Translations under genes and position numbers: made by a program
DNA from: a virus
Strand: one strand, 5' to 3'
Virus record (IMG/VR): IMGVR_UViG_3300008107_000012
Length of the DNA: 64,000 nt
The notes under the pieces: generated by a model
Told to the model about the DNA's origin: nothing
The model's database searches: none
Seen by the model: only the letters and a program-made list of their open reading frames with translations
In this document: piece by piece, positions 34,827 to 45,686 of the stretch
Numbering within the stretch: the stretch's first letter is position 1
Layout of the letters: every line of letters starts with the position of its first letter

Positions 34827-35985
34827 ATCTACTTGGCCGTTGATGGAAAATACGATCACACTTTCTGATCGTCTTAAAATGGCACTGTTTCTTTTAATGA
34901 GTGATAAACTTACCAATGGACCAAAGGTTCGGGAATTTGAACAGAAATGGTCTGAGTGGTTAGGTGTTAAACATTCTTTATATGTTTCAAGTGGAAGTAC
35001 AGCAAATACTTTGTTAATTTCTTCAGTTAAAGAACATTATGGATTGCAAGATGGAGATAAAGTTCTTGTTCCGTCTTGTACTTGGATGACTAATATTGCT
35101 CCTGTAATTCAGGCAAATCTTCAACCTATTTTTTGTGATATTAATCTTAAGAATTTTTCTTTTGATGTTGATGAGTTGAAATATATTGCATCTGAACATC
35201 CAGACATTAAAGCAGTATTCATTACTCATCTGATTGGACTTTCTTCTAATGTAGAAAAGGTTCGTGAAATCTTTCCGAATGCATTAATTATGGAAGATAT
35301 TTGTGAGTCTCACGGAGTAAGGGGTCCAGATGGAAATAAACGTGGAATAAATTCTGTAGGATCAACTTTTAGTTTTTATTTTGGTCATCATATTACAACA
35401 GTTGAGGGTGGGGTTGTTTGTACTAATAATACCGAACTTTATGAGTTGATGAGAATGAAACGTAGTCATGGAATGGCACGAGAAGCATCTCCTCATATGT
35501 TTAAAAAGTACTCAGAAGAAAATCCAAATATTGATCCTACCTTTTTGTTTATGACTGAAGGATTTAACCTTAGAAATCATGAGGTTTGTGCTGTTTTAGG
35601 ACTTTCTCAATTAAAGAGGTTAGATAGTAATATCCAAATTCGTAGAGAAAACTTTAAATATTGGTGGGATAGGATATTTAAGACTGAAAATTATTTTGTT
35701 CCTGAATATCAGATAGGAAATAGTAGTTTTTGTTTTCCTATTATTGCTAAAGAAAAATATAAAATTTCATTAATGAAAGAAGAATTGAAATCAAGTGGTA
35801 TAGAGTATCGTCCTATTATTAGTGGAAATATTCTTTTGCATCCTGCATTTAGTAAATATAAACTTTGTACTCAGAAAGAAATACCAAATGTTTCTATACT
35901 TCATCAAAACGGAGTATATGTTGGTAATAGTCAATTTGTAAATAAAGAACGAATTGATAGACTAATCTCAATAATGGGTGTATAA
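34819..35985 (+). CDS. PLP-dependent DegT-family enzyme, ColD-like 3-dehydratase
   Basis: SSGSTAN, EDICES and TFSFYFGHHITTVEGG, with His in place of the Schiff-base Lys. Confidence 0.8.
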   Translation: MSKSTWPLMENTITLSDRLKMALFLLMSDKLTNGPKVREFEQKWSEWLGVKHSLYVSSGSTANTLLISSVKEHYGLQDGDKVLVPSCTWMTNIAPVIQANLQPIFCDINLKNFSFDVDELKYIASEHPDIKAVFITHLIGLSSNVEKVREIFPNALIMEDICESHGVRGPDGNKRGINSVGSTFSFYFGHHITTVEGGVVCTNNTELYELMRMKRSHGMAREASPHMFKKYSEENPNIDPTFLFMTEGFNLRNHEVCAVLGLSQLKRLDSNIQIRRENFKYWWDRIFKTENYFVPEYQIGNSSFCFPIIAKEKYKISLMKEELKSSGIEYRPIISGNILLHPAFSKYKLCTQKEIPNVSILHQNGVYVGNSQFVNKERIDRLISIMGV

Positions 35986-36035
35986 TAATATTAATAAATA
36001 CCAAAAAATCATTACTCATTTATGGAGGATTGAAT

Positions 36036-37103
36036 ATGAGTCAATATAAAAAAACTGCTTTAGTGTGTGGTGCTGGTGGTTTTATTGGAAGTCACATGGT
36101 AAGAAGACTTAAAAGTGAGGGGTATTGGGTTCGTGGTGTTGATGTAAAGATGCCAGAGTACTCCGATACTGCTGCAGACGAATTTATTCTTGGTAATCTT
36201 ACAGATTCTAGACTTGTTGATCGAGTTGTAAGATTTATGGGATACGGTAGAAATTTTTATACTTCCGTTCCTGAAAGATATCAAGAACCATTCGATGAAA
36301 TTTATCAGTTTGCTGCTGATATGGGGGGAGCAGGATTTGTTTTTAGTGGTGAAAATGATGCCGAAATTATGCATAATTCGGCAGCAATTAATCTCAATAT
36401 TCTTGAGTCTGTAAAGGAACTTAATTGCTCTAAAGATACGAACAGGACTAAAATTTTCTATAGTAGTAGTGCTTGTATGTATCCAGAATATGCTCAGATG
36501 GATGTTAATAATCCTGGTCTAAAGGAGTCTGATGCTTATCCTGCAGGACCTGATTCTGAGTATGGATGGGAAAAACTTTTTTCTGAACGTCTTTATCTTG
36601 CTTATAATAGAAATCATAAAATTCCTGTAAGGATTGCTCGATATCATAATATCTTTGGACCTGAAGGAACTTGGACTGGTGGTAGAGAAAAATCACCTGC
36701 AGCAATGTGTCGTAAAGTTGCTGAACTTTCTCCAAATGGTGGAGAAATTGAAATCTGGGGTGACGGAGAACAGACTCGTTCTTTCCTTTATATTGATGAA
36801 TGTATTGAGGCAACTCGTCGTCTGATGGATTCAGATTTTCTTGGTCCAGTAAATATTGGTTCTGAGGAAATGGTTACTATTAACACCCTTGCTGATACTG
36901 CTGCTAAAGTTGCAGGAAAAGAAATTACTAAGAAACATATTGACGGTCCTCTTGGAGTTAGAGGTCGTAATTCTAACAATGATCTTATTCGGGAAAAACT
37001 TGGATGGGACTATTCTCAATCTCTGGAAGAAGGTATTCGTAAAACCTATGAATGGATTGATAAGCAAGTATATAAAAATAAAATGATTCATCATCCAGTT
37101 TGA
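36036..37103 (+). CDS. GDP-mannose 3,5-epimerase-like SDR
   Basis: AADMGG, SSACMYPE, YGWEK and GGREKSPAA motifs. Confidence 0.88.
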   Translation: MSQYKKTALVCGAGGFIGSHMVRRLKSEGYWVRGVDVKMPEYSDTAADEFILGNLTDSRLVDRVVRFMGYGRNFYTSVPERYQEPFDEIYQFAADMGGAGFVFSGENDAEIMHNSAAINLNILESVKELNCSKDTNRTKIFYSSSACMYPEYAQMDVNNPGLKESDAYPAGPDSEYGWEKLFSERLYLAYNRNHKIPVRIARYHNIFGPEGTWTGGREKSPAAMCRKVAELSPNGGEIEIWGDGEQTRSFLYIDECIEATRRLMDSDFLGPVNIGSEEMVTINTLADTAAKVAGKEITKKHIDGPLGVRGRNSNNDLIREKLGWDYSQSLEEGIRKTYEWIDKQVYKNKMIHHPV

Positions 37104-38044
37104 TTATGAAAAGAATTTATTTAATTAATACTCCCGAATACCCTAGTTTGGGTACTAATTATCTTTTTAATCTTAAATTTATAAATACGTTTTCATATCA
37201 TGGTTTGGAATGCAATGAAATTACGGATTTTAGTACATTCAATCAATTAGAAGATTCCGAAGATCAAATTTTCTTTTTATGTGATAACTTTTACGATCAT
37301 CGTAGACCATCTTGGAAGGAAGACTTTAAATTTCTTGCAGAAAAATTTTCAAAATCTGTTTGGATTTTTTGGTCTTTCCATAATGTTTTAAGTATTTTAT
37401 ATGAAGATGATTTATTTCCGTTTAAGAAAAGTATTTTTACTGGAGAATATTATAGAAACCCAAACATTGATGTGTTAGGAAAAAACTTCGAATACTATAT
37501 TAATTTAAAAAATTATGTTCCTCTTCCATTTTCTGCAGGAAAACATCCAGATACTTTGGAAGAATTATGGAGTAAAAGAACAGATACTCATGATTGTGGA
37601 TTTTGTGGGTGTCAATATAAGGTAGATTGGTCTAGAAAATTGAGTGAAAAGTATAATTGTTTTATTCATTATTATCCACCTTTTCTTGATGAAGAAACTA
37701 GACTTCAAAAAGTTTTTCTTGATTCAAAAATTTGTCTTGGATTTAATTCAGATCATGCTGTCGAAAATGGTATGCCTACTGAAAGAGTTTTTGAAGGAGT
37801 TGCTTATGGGTGCGTCGTTCTAACTGATTGTCCTATGGCAGTGGAAGCAACCGATGGTGCCGCAGTTCTTGTAACAAACTATGCAGAACTTGAAGAAAAA
37901 GTAGAGTATTATTTAAATAATGACAACGCAAGATTAGAAAAACAAAAACAAGGAATGGAATTTGCAAAATCTAAAGGAACATATTATAGTGTTGTTGGAG
38001 ATTTTTTAAAAACTATTCATGAAATTTATAAGGAGAAAAAATGA
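37100..38044 (+). CDS. Glycosyltransferase (GT-B, CgeB-like C-terminus)
   Basis: SKICLG...ERVFEGVAYGCVVLTD. Confidence 0.7.
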   Translation: MIMKRIYLINTPEYPSLGTNYLFNLKFINTFSYHGLECNEITDFSTFNQLEDSEDQIFFLCDNFYDHRRPSWKEDFKFLAEKFSKSVWIFWSFHNVLSILYEDDLFPFKKSIFTGEYYRNPNIDVLGKNFEYYINLKNYVPLPFSAGKHPDTLEELWSKRTDTHDCGFCGCQYKVDWSRKLSEKYNCFIHYYPPFLDEETRLQKVFLDSKICLGFNSDHAVENGMPTERVFEGVAYGCVVLTDCPMAVEATDGAAVLVTNYAELEEKVEYYLNNDNARLEKQKQGMEFAKSKGTYYSVVGDFLKTIHEIYKEKK

Positions 38045-38814
38045 ATCGAATTACAGATTATTCAGAACTTGAAACACGCATTGTTTCTTGGTTAAAAGAA
38101 TATGCCGAAAAATTTAATATTAAGTCATTCGTAATTGGTGTTTCTGGTGGAATTGATTCTGCAGTTTCATCGACTCTTGCTGCTAAAACGGGTCTTCCAG
38201 TTTATGCTCTTGGGATGCCAATTCTTCAAAAAGAAGAACAGGAAACACTTTCTGACGCACATCTTGAATGGTTGCAAGAAAACTTTAGTAATGTTATCAT
38301 ACAGAAGTATGATCTTACTAAAGTTTTTGAGACCTTTAAATACACGATGAGAGAATTTGGTACTGATACTCACGCCCTTGCAAATACACGTTCTCGTATT
38401 CGTATGGTAACGTTATATCAGGTTGCTACCTCAGTTGGGGGTATTGTAGTTGGTACTGGAAACAAAGTTGAAGATTATGGTGTAGGATTTTATACTAAAT
38501 ATGGTGACGGTGGAGTTGATGTTGCTCCTATCGCAGATCTCTATAAGACTGAGGTTTGGGAACTTGGCAGGCATTTTGGTGTAGATCAACGCATTATTGA
38601 TGCTTCTCCTACTGATGGTCTTTGGGATGATGGAAGAACTGATGAGGATCAAATTGGTACATCATATAAAATGCTTGAGTGGGTGATGGAAGATGGATTA
38701 AACCAAGATCCAATGTTCTTGAATGGAGAACAAATAACTGCAATTAATGCGTATCAAAAATTTAATTCCCAAAACAAACATAAGATGTTATCTATTCCTA
38801 CATTTAAACTGTGA
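38041..38814 (+). CDS. nadE: NH3-dependent NAD+ synthetase
   Basis: SGGIDS, NTRSRIRM, GFYTKYGDG, PTDGL and TDEDQIG motifs. Confidence 0.92.
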   Translation: MNRITDYSELETRIVSWLKEYAEKFNIKSFVIGVSGGIDSAVSSTLAAKTGLPVYALGMPILQKEEQETLSDAHLEWLQENFSNVIIQKYDLTKVFETFKYTMREFGTDTHALANTRSRIRMVTLYQVATSVGGIVVGTGNKVEDYGVGFYTKYGDGGVDVAPIADLYKTEVWELGRHFGVDQRIIDASPTDGLWDDGRTDEDQIGTSYKMLEWVMEDGLNQDPMFLNGEQITAINAYQKFNSQNKHKMLSIPTFKL

Positions 38815-38827
38815 GAAACAAAAAAAT

Positions 38828-39673
38828 ATGATCGGATACAATAGACTTGGGACAAATGGTAGATTTGGAAATCAATTATTCCAATATGCTTCTTTAAGGG
38901 GAATTGCTGCTAAACATAATTATGAATGGTGTATTCCTCCAGATGATTATGAAACGTATGCAAATTATGGAATTTTTCATCCATTTAAATTGAAACATTT
39001 GAAGAATACTGGAATAGTTTCATATCCAACAAAAGAAGAATCCTTTTTTCACTTTGATGAAGATCTATTTGATAATTTTCCTGATAATCATAACCTAGAT
39101 GGGTATCTTCAAACTGAAAAATACTTCAAACATATTGAAGATGAAATTCGTGAAGATTTTGAATTTATTGATGATATTCTTACTCCGTGCAAAGAATTTA
39201 TTGATCAATATAAAAAAATTATTTTTCTTCATGTCCGCAGAGGTGACAATGTTGGTAGAGAAGAATATCACCCAGTTCCACCTTTAGAATATTACAAAAA
39301 ATCTTTGGAGCATTTTGACAGTGATTCAAATGTTCTGATATGTTCCGATGATATTGAATGGTGTAAAGAACAAGAATTTTTTTCTGATGATAGATTTTTG
39401 ATAAATGAAAGTTCTATCAAATACTCTCATAAGTGTGTTGAAGGTGATGGAATAGCAAGAAATTCATTTGTTCCATACACTGATTTGTGTTTAATGAGTC
39501 TTTGTAATGGTGCTATTATATCTCCAAGCACTTTAAGTTGGTGGGGAGCATGGTTACAAAAAGATCGCACAAATCCAGTTGTTGCACCCGATCCTTGGTT
39601 CGGAGCAAAACTGTTACAAAATAATGATACAAAGGACTTACTGCCGGATGATTGGATTAAACTATCTTGGTAA
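38828..39673 (+). CDS. GT11 alpha-1,2-fucosyl/colitosyl-transferase
   Basis: GRFGNQLFQYA, HVRRGD and STLSWWGAWL motifs. Confidence 0.9.
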   Translation: MIGYNRLGTNGRFGNQLFQYASLRGIAAKHNYEWCIPPDDYETYANYGIFHPFKLKHLKNTGIVSYPTKEESFFHFDEDLFDNFPDNHNLDGYLQTEKYFKHIEDEIREDFEFIDDILTPCKEFIDQYKKIIFLHVRRGDNVGREEYHPVPPLEYYKKSLEHFDSDSNVLICSDDIEWCKEQEFFSDDRFLINESSIKYSHKCVEGDGIARNSFVPYTDLCLMSLCNGAIISPSTLSWWGAWLQKDRTNPVVAPDPWFGAKLLQNNDTKDLLPDDWIKLSW

Positions 39674-40457
39674 AATGGGACAACTTGGAAATCAGATGTT
39701 TCAATATGCGGCAATAAAGGGAATTGCTGCGAATAAAAATTATGATTTTTGCATTCCAAATCATAATGAAGTTGTTGATGATGGTTTAGGGAATAAACTG
39801 AGAATAGAACTATTTGATGTTTTTGATTTTCATGTAGATAAATTTGGATTTTTAAATACACAAAAACATTGTCAAGAATCTGAATTTTCTTTTGATGAAA
39901 ATTTATTCAATAATTGTCCTGATGATTGTTGTTTGATCGGATATTTTCAGAGTGAAAAATATTTTAAACATATATCGAATCAAATTAAAAAAGATTTTAC
40001 CTTCAAAAAAGAGTATATAAATTCCTATAACGAAATTAAAAATTTATTTGATGATCCAATAGCACTTCATATTCGTCGTGGAGACTTTCTAATTAATTCT
40101 GAAAATCATTATAATTTATCTTTAAATTATTATAAAAATGCATTAGAAGAATTTGATAAAGATCGACAGGTTATTATTTTTTCAGATGATACTGAGTGGT
40201 GTAAAGAACAAGAATTATTTTCTGATGATAGATTTTTAGTTTGCGAAACTGGAAATTCTTATCTAGATCTATGCATAATGTCTAAGTGTTCTGACTTTAT
40301 AATTGCAAATTCTACGTTTTCTTGGTGGGCTGCTTGGCTTTGTGATAATATGGATAAGGTGGTAATATATCCTAATAGGTGGTTTGGTCCGAATAACCAA
40401 GATAAATCTACTAAAGACTTATTTCCACAAGAATGGAGAGTTATTAATGAAGATTGA
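39648..40457 (+). CDS. GT11 alpha-1,2-fucosyl/colitosyl-transferase
   Basis: GQLGNQMFQYA, HIRRGD and NSTFSWWAAWL motifs. Confidence 0.9.
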   Translation: MIGLNYLGKMGQLGNQMFQYAAIKGIAANKNYDFCIPNHNEVVDDGLGNKLRIELFDVFDFHVDKFGFLNTQKHCQESEFSFDENLFNNCPDDCCLIGYFQSEKYFKHISNQIKKDFTFKKEYINSYNEIKNLFDDPIALHIRRGDFLINSENHYNLSLNYYKNALEEFDKDRQVIIFSDDTEWCKEQELFSDDRFLVCETGNSYLDLCIMSKCSDFIIANSTFSWWAAWLCDNMDKVVIYPNRWFGPNNQDKSTKDLFPQEWRVINED

Positions 40458-41328
40458 TTTAAAAGATGTAACATTTATTATTCCGTTAAGAATTGATACT
40501 GGAGACAGGTTAAGGAACGTTATATTGACTACCTCTTATCTCTTACATCATTTTGATACAAATGTTATAATTAAAGAAGTTGATTCCGAGCATAGGTTTG
40601 AAACTTATGCTTTACCTATTATTCAAAGACTTGTTGATACTCAAAATTTAAACCATGTGTTTGAGGATGATACTAGAACTGATGATGCGTTTCATCGTAC
40701 AAAAGTTCTTAATGACATGATTTTAGATGCGAAAACTAAAATAGTTGTTAACTATGATACTGATATTATTCTTCCATTAGACAGTTATATTAAGTCTGTT
40801 GAAATGTTAAATGATAATTATGATGTTGTTTATCCATATAGATTTGGTAATCATGGGGAACGAAAGGTCACTTTAGACTTTACAGTTGAAACTCAGGATG
40901 ATATGGATAATTTTGAGAAAAAAATATTTGTCGATAAATTTATTAATTCTGGATACGATTCTGAATGTTTTGATAATACTTATTTTTATTATCAAAGTCA
41001 ATTTGGAGAAGGATGGGCTGAATATGGTATGGTTCAATTCTTTAATAAAAAAGTATACGTTGATGGATACTTAGAAAATGAAGGGTTTATAGCATATGCT
41101 CCAGAAGATGTAGAAAGATATCATCGTTGGAAAACATTAGGATATAATATAGGACGAATAGATAATCATGCATATCATTTAGAGCATCAAAGAACTCAAA
41201 ACTCTTGGTATCATAATCCTCATATGCAAAATAATAATTCTTTATGGGAGTATCTTAAAAATCTTTCAAAAGAAGAATTGGTAAAGTATTATGAAAATCA
41301 AGATTATGTTAAGGAGAGAATAAAATGA
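40447..41328 (+). CDS. GT-A glycosyltransferase (GT2/GT7-like)
   Basis: FIIP, YDTD, ENEGF.YAPED and YHLEH motifs. Confidence 0.75.
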   Translation: MKIDLKDVTFIIPLRIDTGDRLRNVILTTSYLLHHFDTNVIIKEVDSEHRFETYALPIIQRLVDTQNLNHVFEDDTRTDDAFHRTKVLNDMILDAKTKIVVNYDTDIILPLDSYIKSVEMLNDNYDVVYPYRFGNHGERKVTLDFTVETQDDMDNFEKKIFVDKFINSGYDSECFDNTYFYYQSQFGEGWAEYGMVQFFNKKVYVDGYLENEGFIAYAPEDVERYHRWKTLGYNIGRIDNHAYHLEHQRTQNSWYHNPHMQNNNSLWEYLKNLSKEELVKYYENQDYVKERIK

Positions 41329-42074
41329 AATTAGTTTATATAAATTATTCTGACCTTAATTATAAAAAACATCAAGAAGATCTTATATCCCATGTGATTG
41401 GTAATAGATTATTTGATGCAGCTATACCTTTTACTAGAGAATGGTTAACTGAAACTAATTTTTATAAGGATAATAAAAAAATCCTTGATAAAGATCGTCT
41501 TGCTGGGTATGCAATATGGAAACCTTATATTATATTAGAAGCATTTAATCTTATTGAAGAAGGCGATGTAATAGTTTATATGGATTGTGGAGACATTCCT
41601 TTTCCTGGAATTAGACAATGTGTTTATGAATATATGAAAACAAACGATCAATATTTTCTATCTCAAAATCACACGGGTATTCATAAATTATTTACTAAAA
41701 GAGATTGTTTTTATTATATGAATTGTGACAGTGAAAAGTATTGGGAAGCAATTCAATTGGAAGATGGATTTATGGCTTTTAAGAAAACGGAATATAATAT
41801 TCACCTATTAAATGAGTTCCTTAAATATTGTTGCGACGAAAGAATAGTAACCGATATTCCAAATGAATGTGGATTGGATAATTTTGATGGTTTTGTAGAT
41901 CATAGGCACGATCAAAGTATTATAACTAATTTGCAGTTAAAGTACGATCTTCCGAGAGTTGTTGGTCATACTGGAGTTAGAAATTTTATTCAGTGGAATA
42001 CCCTAATACATAAGAATGGTGAAGAGTATTCAAATGGGTCTTATAATTGGGGAGAAACTGGATGCATAGTATAG
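41325..42074 (+). CDS. Putative glycosyltransferase
   Basis: GYAIWKPYII, YMDCG and HRHDQS motifs. Confidence 0.65.
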   Translation: MKLVYINYSDLNYKKHQEDLISHVIGNRLFDAAIPFTREWLTETNFYKDNKKILDKDRLAGYAIWKPYIILEAFNLIEEGDVIVYMDCGDIPFPGIRQCVYEYMKTNDQYFLSQNHTGIHKLFTKRDCFYYMNCDSEKYWEAIQLEDGFMAFKKTEYNIHLLNEFLKYCCDERIVTDIPNECGLDNFDGFVDHRHDQSIITNLQLKYDLPRVVGHTGVRNFIQWNTLIHKNGEEYSNGSYNWGETGCIV

Positions 42075-42892
42075 TTCTGACCGTTCATAATAAAGATTGG
42101 TTACTTTCGAATGTTCTTGATGGAATAGTAAAAAATACTATTGGAGATTATGAATTGGTAGTGGTCCTAGACGGATGTACTGATAAATCTGAAGAGGTGT
42201 GGGAGAACTTTATCAGTAATAATTCTTTGGTTAAAACGAAAACAGTTTATACCCCAGATGTTTTTGAAACAAAAGCAAATAATGCTGGATTAAAGGAATG
42301 TGTAGGTGATAAAGTAATCATAGTTCAAGATGATATGGTTATTAAAGAAGATGGGTGGAATAAAAGACTTGAGAAACCATTTGATGAATTTGTCGATGTA
42401 TTTGCTGTAACTGCTAGGTCTGCTTTTAATTATAGATTTAATCAAAATAGTCAACACATTCACTTATCCCCAGAAGAAGACTCTAAAATAGATAATTGTT
42501 GGAGTGACATTTTTGAATATGAATCCCATATAAATCGAGATGAAGGTCTAAGTAGAAATATTTTTGCAGTAAGAAATAACGTCAATAGAGGTCCACTAAT
42601 GATTGATCATAGTGATTTAATTGTATTGGATTATTTTGATGAAATTTTTTCTCCACAAGATCAAGATGATGCTGATTTATGTTATAGAGCATTTAAACAC
42701 TTAGGTAAAGTTGTGGGTTCCTATTGGATTGATTATGATTGTGATAATGCTTGGGGTGGAACAAGACCGGATGGAAAAAATCCTGCTCCTTGGTTACTTA
42801 AGGCACACCATAAAAATACTAGAATAGTTTTTGATAGACACAAAAATATTATTCTAACAGAAAGTCATGACGAAAACAGGGTATTAAAATGA
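42062..42892 (+). CDS. GT2 glycosyltransferase
   Basis: VVLDGCTD, QDD and DDADL motifs. Confidence 0.8.
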   Translation: MHSIVLTVHNKDWLLSNVLDGIVKNTIGDYELVVVLDGCTDKSEEVWENFISNNSLVKTKTVYTPDVFETKANNAGLKECVGDKVIIVQDDMVIKEDGWNKRLEKPFDEFVDVFAVTARSAFNYRFNQNSQHIHLSPEEDSKIDNCWSDIFEYESHINRDEGLSRNIFAVRNNVNRGPLMIDHSDLIVLDYFDEIFSPQDQDDADLCYRAFKHLGKVVGSYWIDYDCDNAWGGTRPDGKNPAPWLLKAHHKNTRIVFDRHKNIILTESHDENRVLK

Positions 42893-43557
42893 ATGACATA
42901 GAGTATTTTCATAATATTGTAAAACAAAAATTTTATAAACGTGAAAAAATTTTTTTAATACAAATTGGAGCAAATGATGGGTCTGATGAAAATTTCATGG
43001 AGGATCCTGTGAGGGATCTAATAAGAAATGATGTCAGAATTTTTTCAGTTTTGATTGAACCACAAAAAATAGAATTTGATAAATTAAAAAATAATTATTC
43101 CGACCAAAAAAATAGGATTAGTTTTTTAAATGTTGCTATTTCTAGCACTGATGGCGAGATAAAATTATATAAAAATATAGATCCTAAAGGAACTTCGGGA
43201 CACTCTACCCTTCTTTTAAGGCAAAATGATTCATATACTCTTTTTGATGAAAATCATTATGAGTTGGTAGATGGAATTACAGTTTCTACTCTAATGAAGT
43301 CATGCGATTCTTCGGTAGATGTTTTAGTAATTGATACTGAAGGATTTGATATGGAAATTGTCAATCAATTTATAGATCAAAAAATATATCCAGAAATAAT
43401 TTATTTTGAAAAACCACATCCCAATCCTAATGATGATAGATTAAATCAAGTTAAATGTGGATTTGAGGAATTAGATAATCTGTTAGACAGATTGCAAGAA
43501 ATAGGTTATAATAACAATATTCTTTTAGGTAACGTTTTGTGCGTTAAATTAGATTAA
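42889..43557 (+). CDS. FkbM-family methyltransferase
   Basis: IQIGANDG, IEP and IDTEGFD motifs. Confidence 0.82.
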   Translation: MNDIEYFHNIVKQKFYKREKIFLIQIGANDGSDENFMEDPVRDLIRNDVRIFSVLIEPQKIEFDKLKNNYSDQKNRISFLNVAISSTDGEIKLYKNIDPKGTSGHSTLLLRQNDSYTLFDENHYELVDGITVSTLMKSCDSSVDVLVIDTEGFDMEIVNQFIDQKIYPEIIYFEKPHPNPNDDRLNQVKCGFEELDNLLDRLQEIGYNNNILLGNVLCVKLD

Positions 43558-44190
43558 ATGAGTAACAATATAAATTTTTCCAAAGTCTTTAAAGAAAATT
43601 TTTATCAGAAAATGATTTCTCCTGCAGGAAATAACCCTGTAAGAAATCGTTCTGATAGTTTTTTGAAAGTATTTGAAATTTTAGAAAAAAAGAAAGATAA
43701 AAATTTCTATATCGTTGAGACGGGAACCACTAGGGCAGATCACGGTCATCTTGCATTTGGTGATGATGGAGCATCAACTTACATCTTTGATAAGTTTATA
43801 AATCATTATGATGGCGAAGTAAATTCTGTGGATATTAATCAATCAAATGTTGATTATTGTAAAAGTATAGTTTCTGATAAAACAAAAGTATTTTGTTCGG
43901 ATTCTGTTAAATTTTTGTGGAGTCTCCCTAAAAATAAAAAAATAGATTTTCTTTATTTGGATTCATATGATATTGAAAGAGAAACACCTCATCCATCACA
44001 ACTTCATCATGTAAAAGAACTATGTGCTTCAATAGATAAATTAAAGAGTGGATCTATTGTCGCTGTAGATGATCATGATGCTTTCTTTACCGGTGGTAAA
44101 ATTGGTAAAGGTAATTATGTAAAGGATTTTATGGATGACATTGGAGCTACCCTTGTTTATGAAGGATATCAAATAGTTTGGGTTCTTTAA
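43558..44190 (+). CDS. Class I SAM-dependent methyltransferase
   Basis: IVETGT, SVDI, FLYLDS and AVDD motifs. Confidence 0.75.
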   Translation: MSNNINFSKVFKENFYQKMISPAGNNPVRNRSDSFLKVFEILEKKKDKNFYIVETGTTRADHGHLAFGDDGASTYIFDKFINHYDGEVNSVDINQSNVDYCKSIVSDKTKVFCSDSVKFLWSLPKNKKIDFLYLDSYDIERETPHPSQLHHVKELCASIDKLKSGSIVAVDDHDAFFTGGKIGKGNYVKDFMDDIGATLVYEGYQIVWVL

Positions 44191-44193
44191 TCA

Positions 44194-44964
44194 ATGTCAT
44201 TACCTAATTCGCACTACATTAAATTTGCAAAAAACATCTATTCCCAATGCGGAGAAGATGGAATTATCGAACAACTCTTTAAAGATCTTGATATTGAAGA
44301 TGGTATTTTAGTCGAGTTTGGTGCTTGGGATGGAATTTATTTAAGTAATATTATAAATTTGTGGAAATCAAACGATAGGTATAAAGCTATTTTGATAGAG
44401 TCTTCGGATGAGAGAGCAAAAGAATTAAAATCAATCACAAAAAATATTTCTAATGTTGAGTCTTACCATCGTTTTGTTAATTCATCTCCTAAGCATATAG
44501 ATAGCATTGATAATATTTTAGATGAATCATCATTTAATCTTAACGAAGATAATTTTCAATTAATGTCTATTGATATTGATAGTTGTGATTATGATATTTT
44601 TAAATCATTATCTAAACATTTTCCAAAAATTATAATCATCGAAACAAATACAAATTACGGATTAAATCAAGATTATGTATCAAACGATAATGGATCCTCA
44701 CTTCACTCTATAAACGAAATTGCAAAAATAAAAAAATATACTTTAGTTTGTCATACTGGGAATGCTATTTTTGTTAGAAATGATTTAATGAGTAAATTGC
44801 CACAAAAAGATTTTTCTATAGAAACTCTTATTGTTAATAATGAAAATGTGGTTACTTTACAATCAATTAATTCCAAAGGTAATATACGGAAAAAAATAAA
44901 TTGGTTGACTGATGACTATAATAAATTTATAAAAAAAACTAAACAAGAATTAAATAATGACTGA
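44194..44964 (+). CDS. FkbM-like methyltransferase
   Basis: YSQCGEDG, VEFGAWDG and SIDIDSCDY motifs. Confidence 0.75.
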   Translation: MSLPNSHYIKFAKNIYSQCGEDGIIEQLFKDLDIEDGILVEFGAWDGIYLSNIINLWKSNDRYKAILIESSDERAKELKSITKNISNVESYHRFVNSSPKHIDSIDNILDESSFNLNEDNFQLMSIDIDSCDYDIFKSLSKHFPKIIIIETNTNYGLNQDYVSNDNGSSLHSINEIAKIKKYTLVCHTGNAIFVRNDLMSKLPQKDFSIETLIVNNENVVTLQSINSKGNIRKKINWLTDDYNKFIKKTKQELNND

Positions 44965-45685
44965 CATTTTTTTAAAAGCATATCATGGTGGTTTGGGAGA
45001 TAGTTTGCAATTTTCAACTCTACCCGAACAATTTGCAAAACAACATGGAAAGAGAACTTATATTCTAGAGAGTGCTCCCTTTAGAAATCCCGAGATTTAT
45101 GATTTAGTATGGGGGAAAAACCCTTACGTGGAGGGTAAAAAAGAAGGAGTTTGGAATGCTGGAGATATTCCAGAAATTTCATATTCTAATTTGATGAATA
45201 ATACTATTTTAAATTGGGAAAAACTGCATGGTTTAGAACCAATTAATACGCATCCAAAAATCTATTATGAACCAGAAAATCATAAAGATGTAAAAGATAT
45301 TTTTATCGTAGATTTTAGTTGTATTAGTATTGATTATGATAAAAATCAACTTGCGAATATTTTGTCTGATTTAAAAACTGAGTATCCGGATAGAAAATTT
45401 CTTTCAGTTTATTTTACAAAACAAGTTTCTGATGGAAAACATAACACATATGATGTTGGGTTTGATGGTTATATTGAAGTTGAAAATATTTTTAGGTATT
45501 GTGATTTAATTTCTTCTTCTTATGGATTAGTTTCCTTAAGTAGTGGTGCCAGTCATTTAAGTTCTGCTCTAAAAGAATATTCTCCAGATCTTAAGAGTAT
45601 TTGTGTAATACCTCAAAAGTGGTATAATATCCATAAAGAACGTGGACTTTTTCTTTTTGATAACATTGAGTATTTGACTTACTAA
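44957..45685 (+). CDS. Putative GT-B (GT9-like) glycosyltransferase
   Basis: GGLGD...SGASHL pattern. Confidence 0.55.
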   Translation: MTDIFLKAYHGGLGDSLQFSTLPEQFAKQHGKRTYILESAPFRNPEIYDLVWGKNPYVEGKKEGVWNAGDIPEISYSNLMNNTILNWEKLHGLEPINTHPKIYYEPENHKDVKDIFIVDFSCISIDYDKNQLANILSDLKTEYPDRKFLSVYFTKQVSDGKHNTYDVGFDGYIEVENIFRYCDLISSSYGLVSLSSGASHLSSALKEYSPDLKSICVIPQKWYNIHKERGLFLFDNIEYLTY

Positions 45686-45686
45686 T

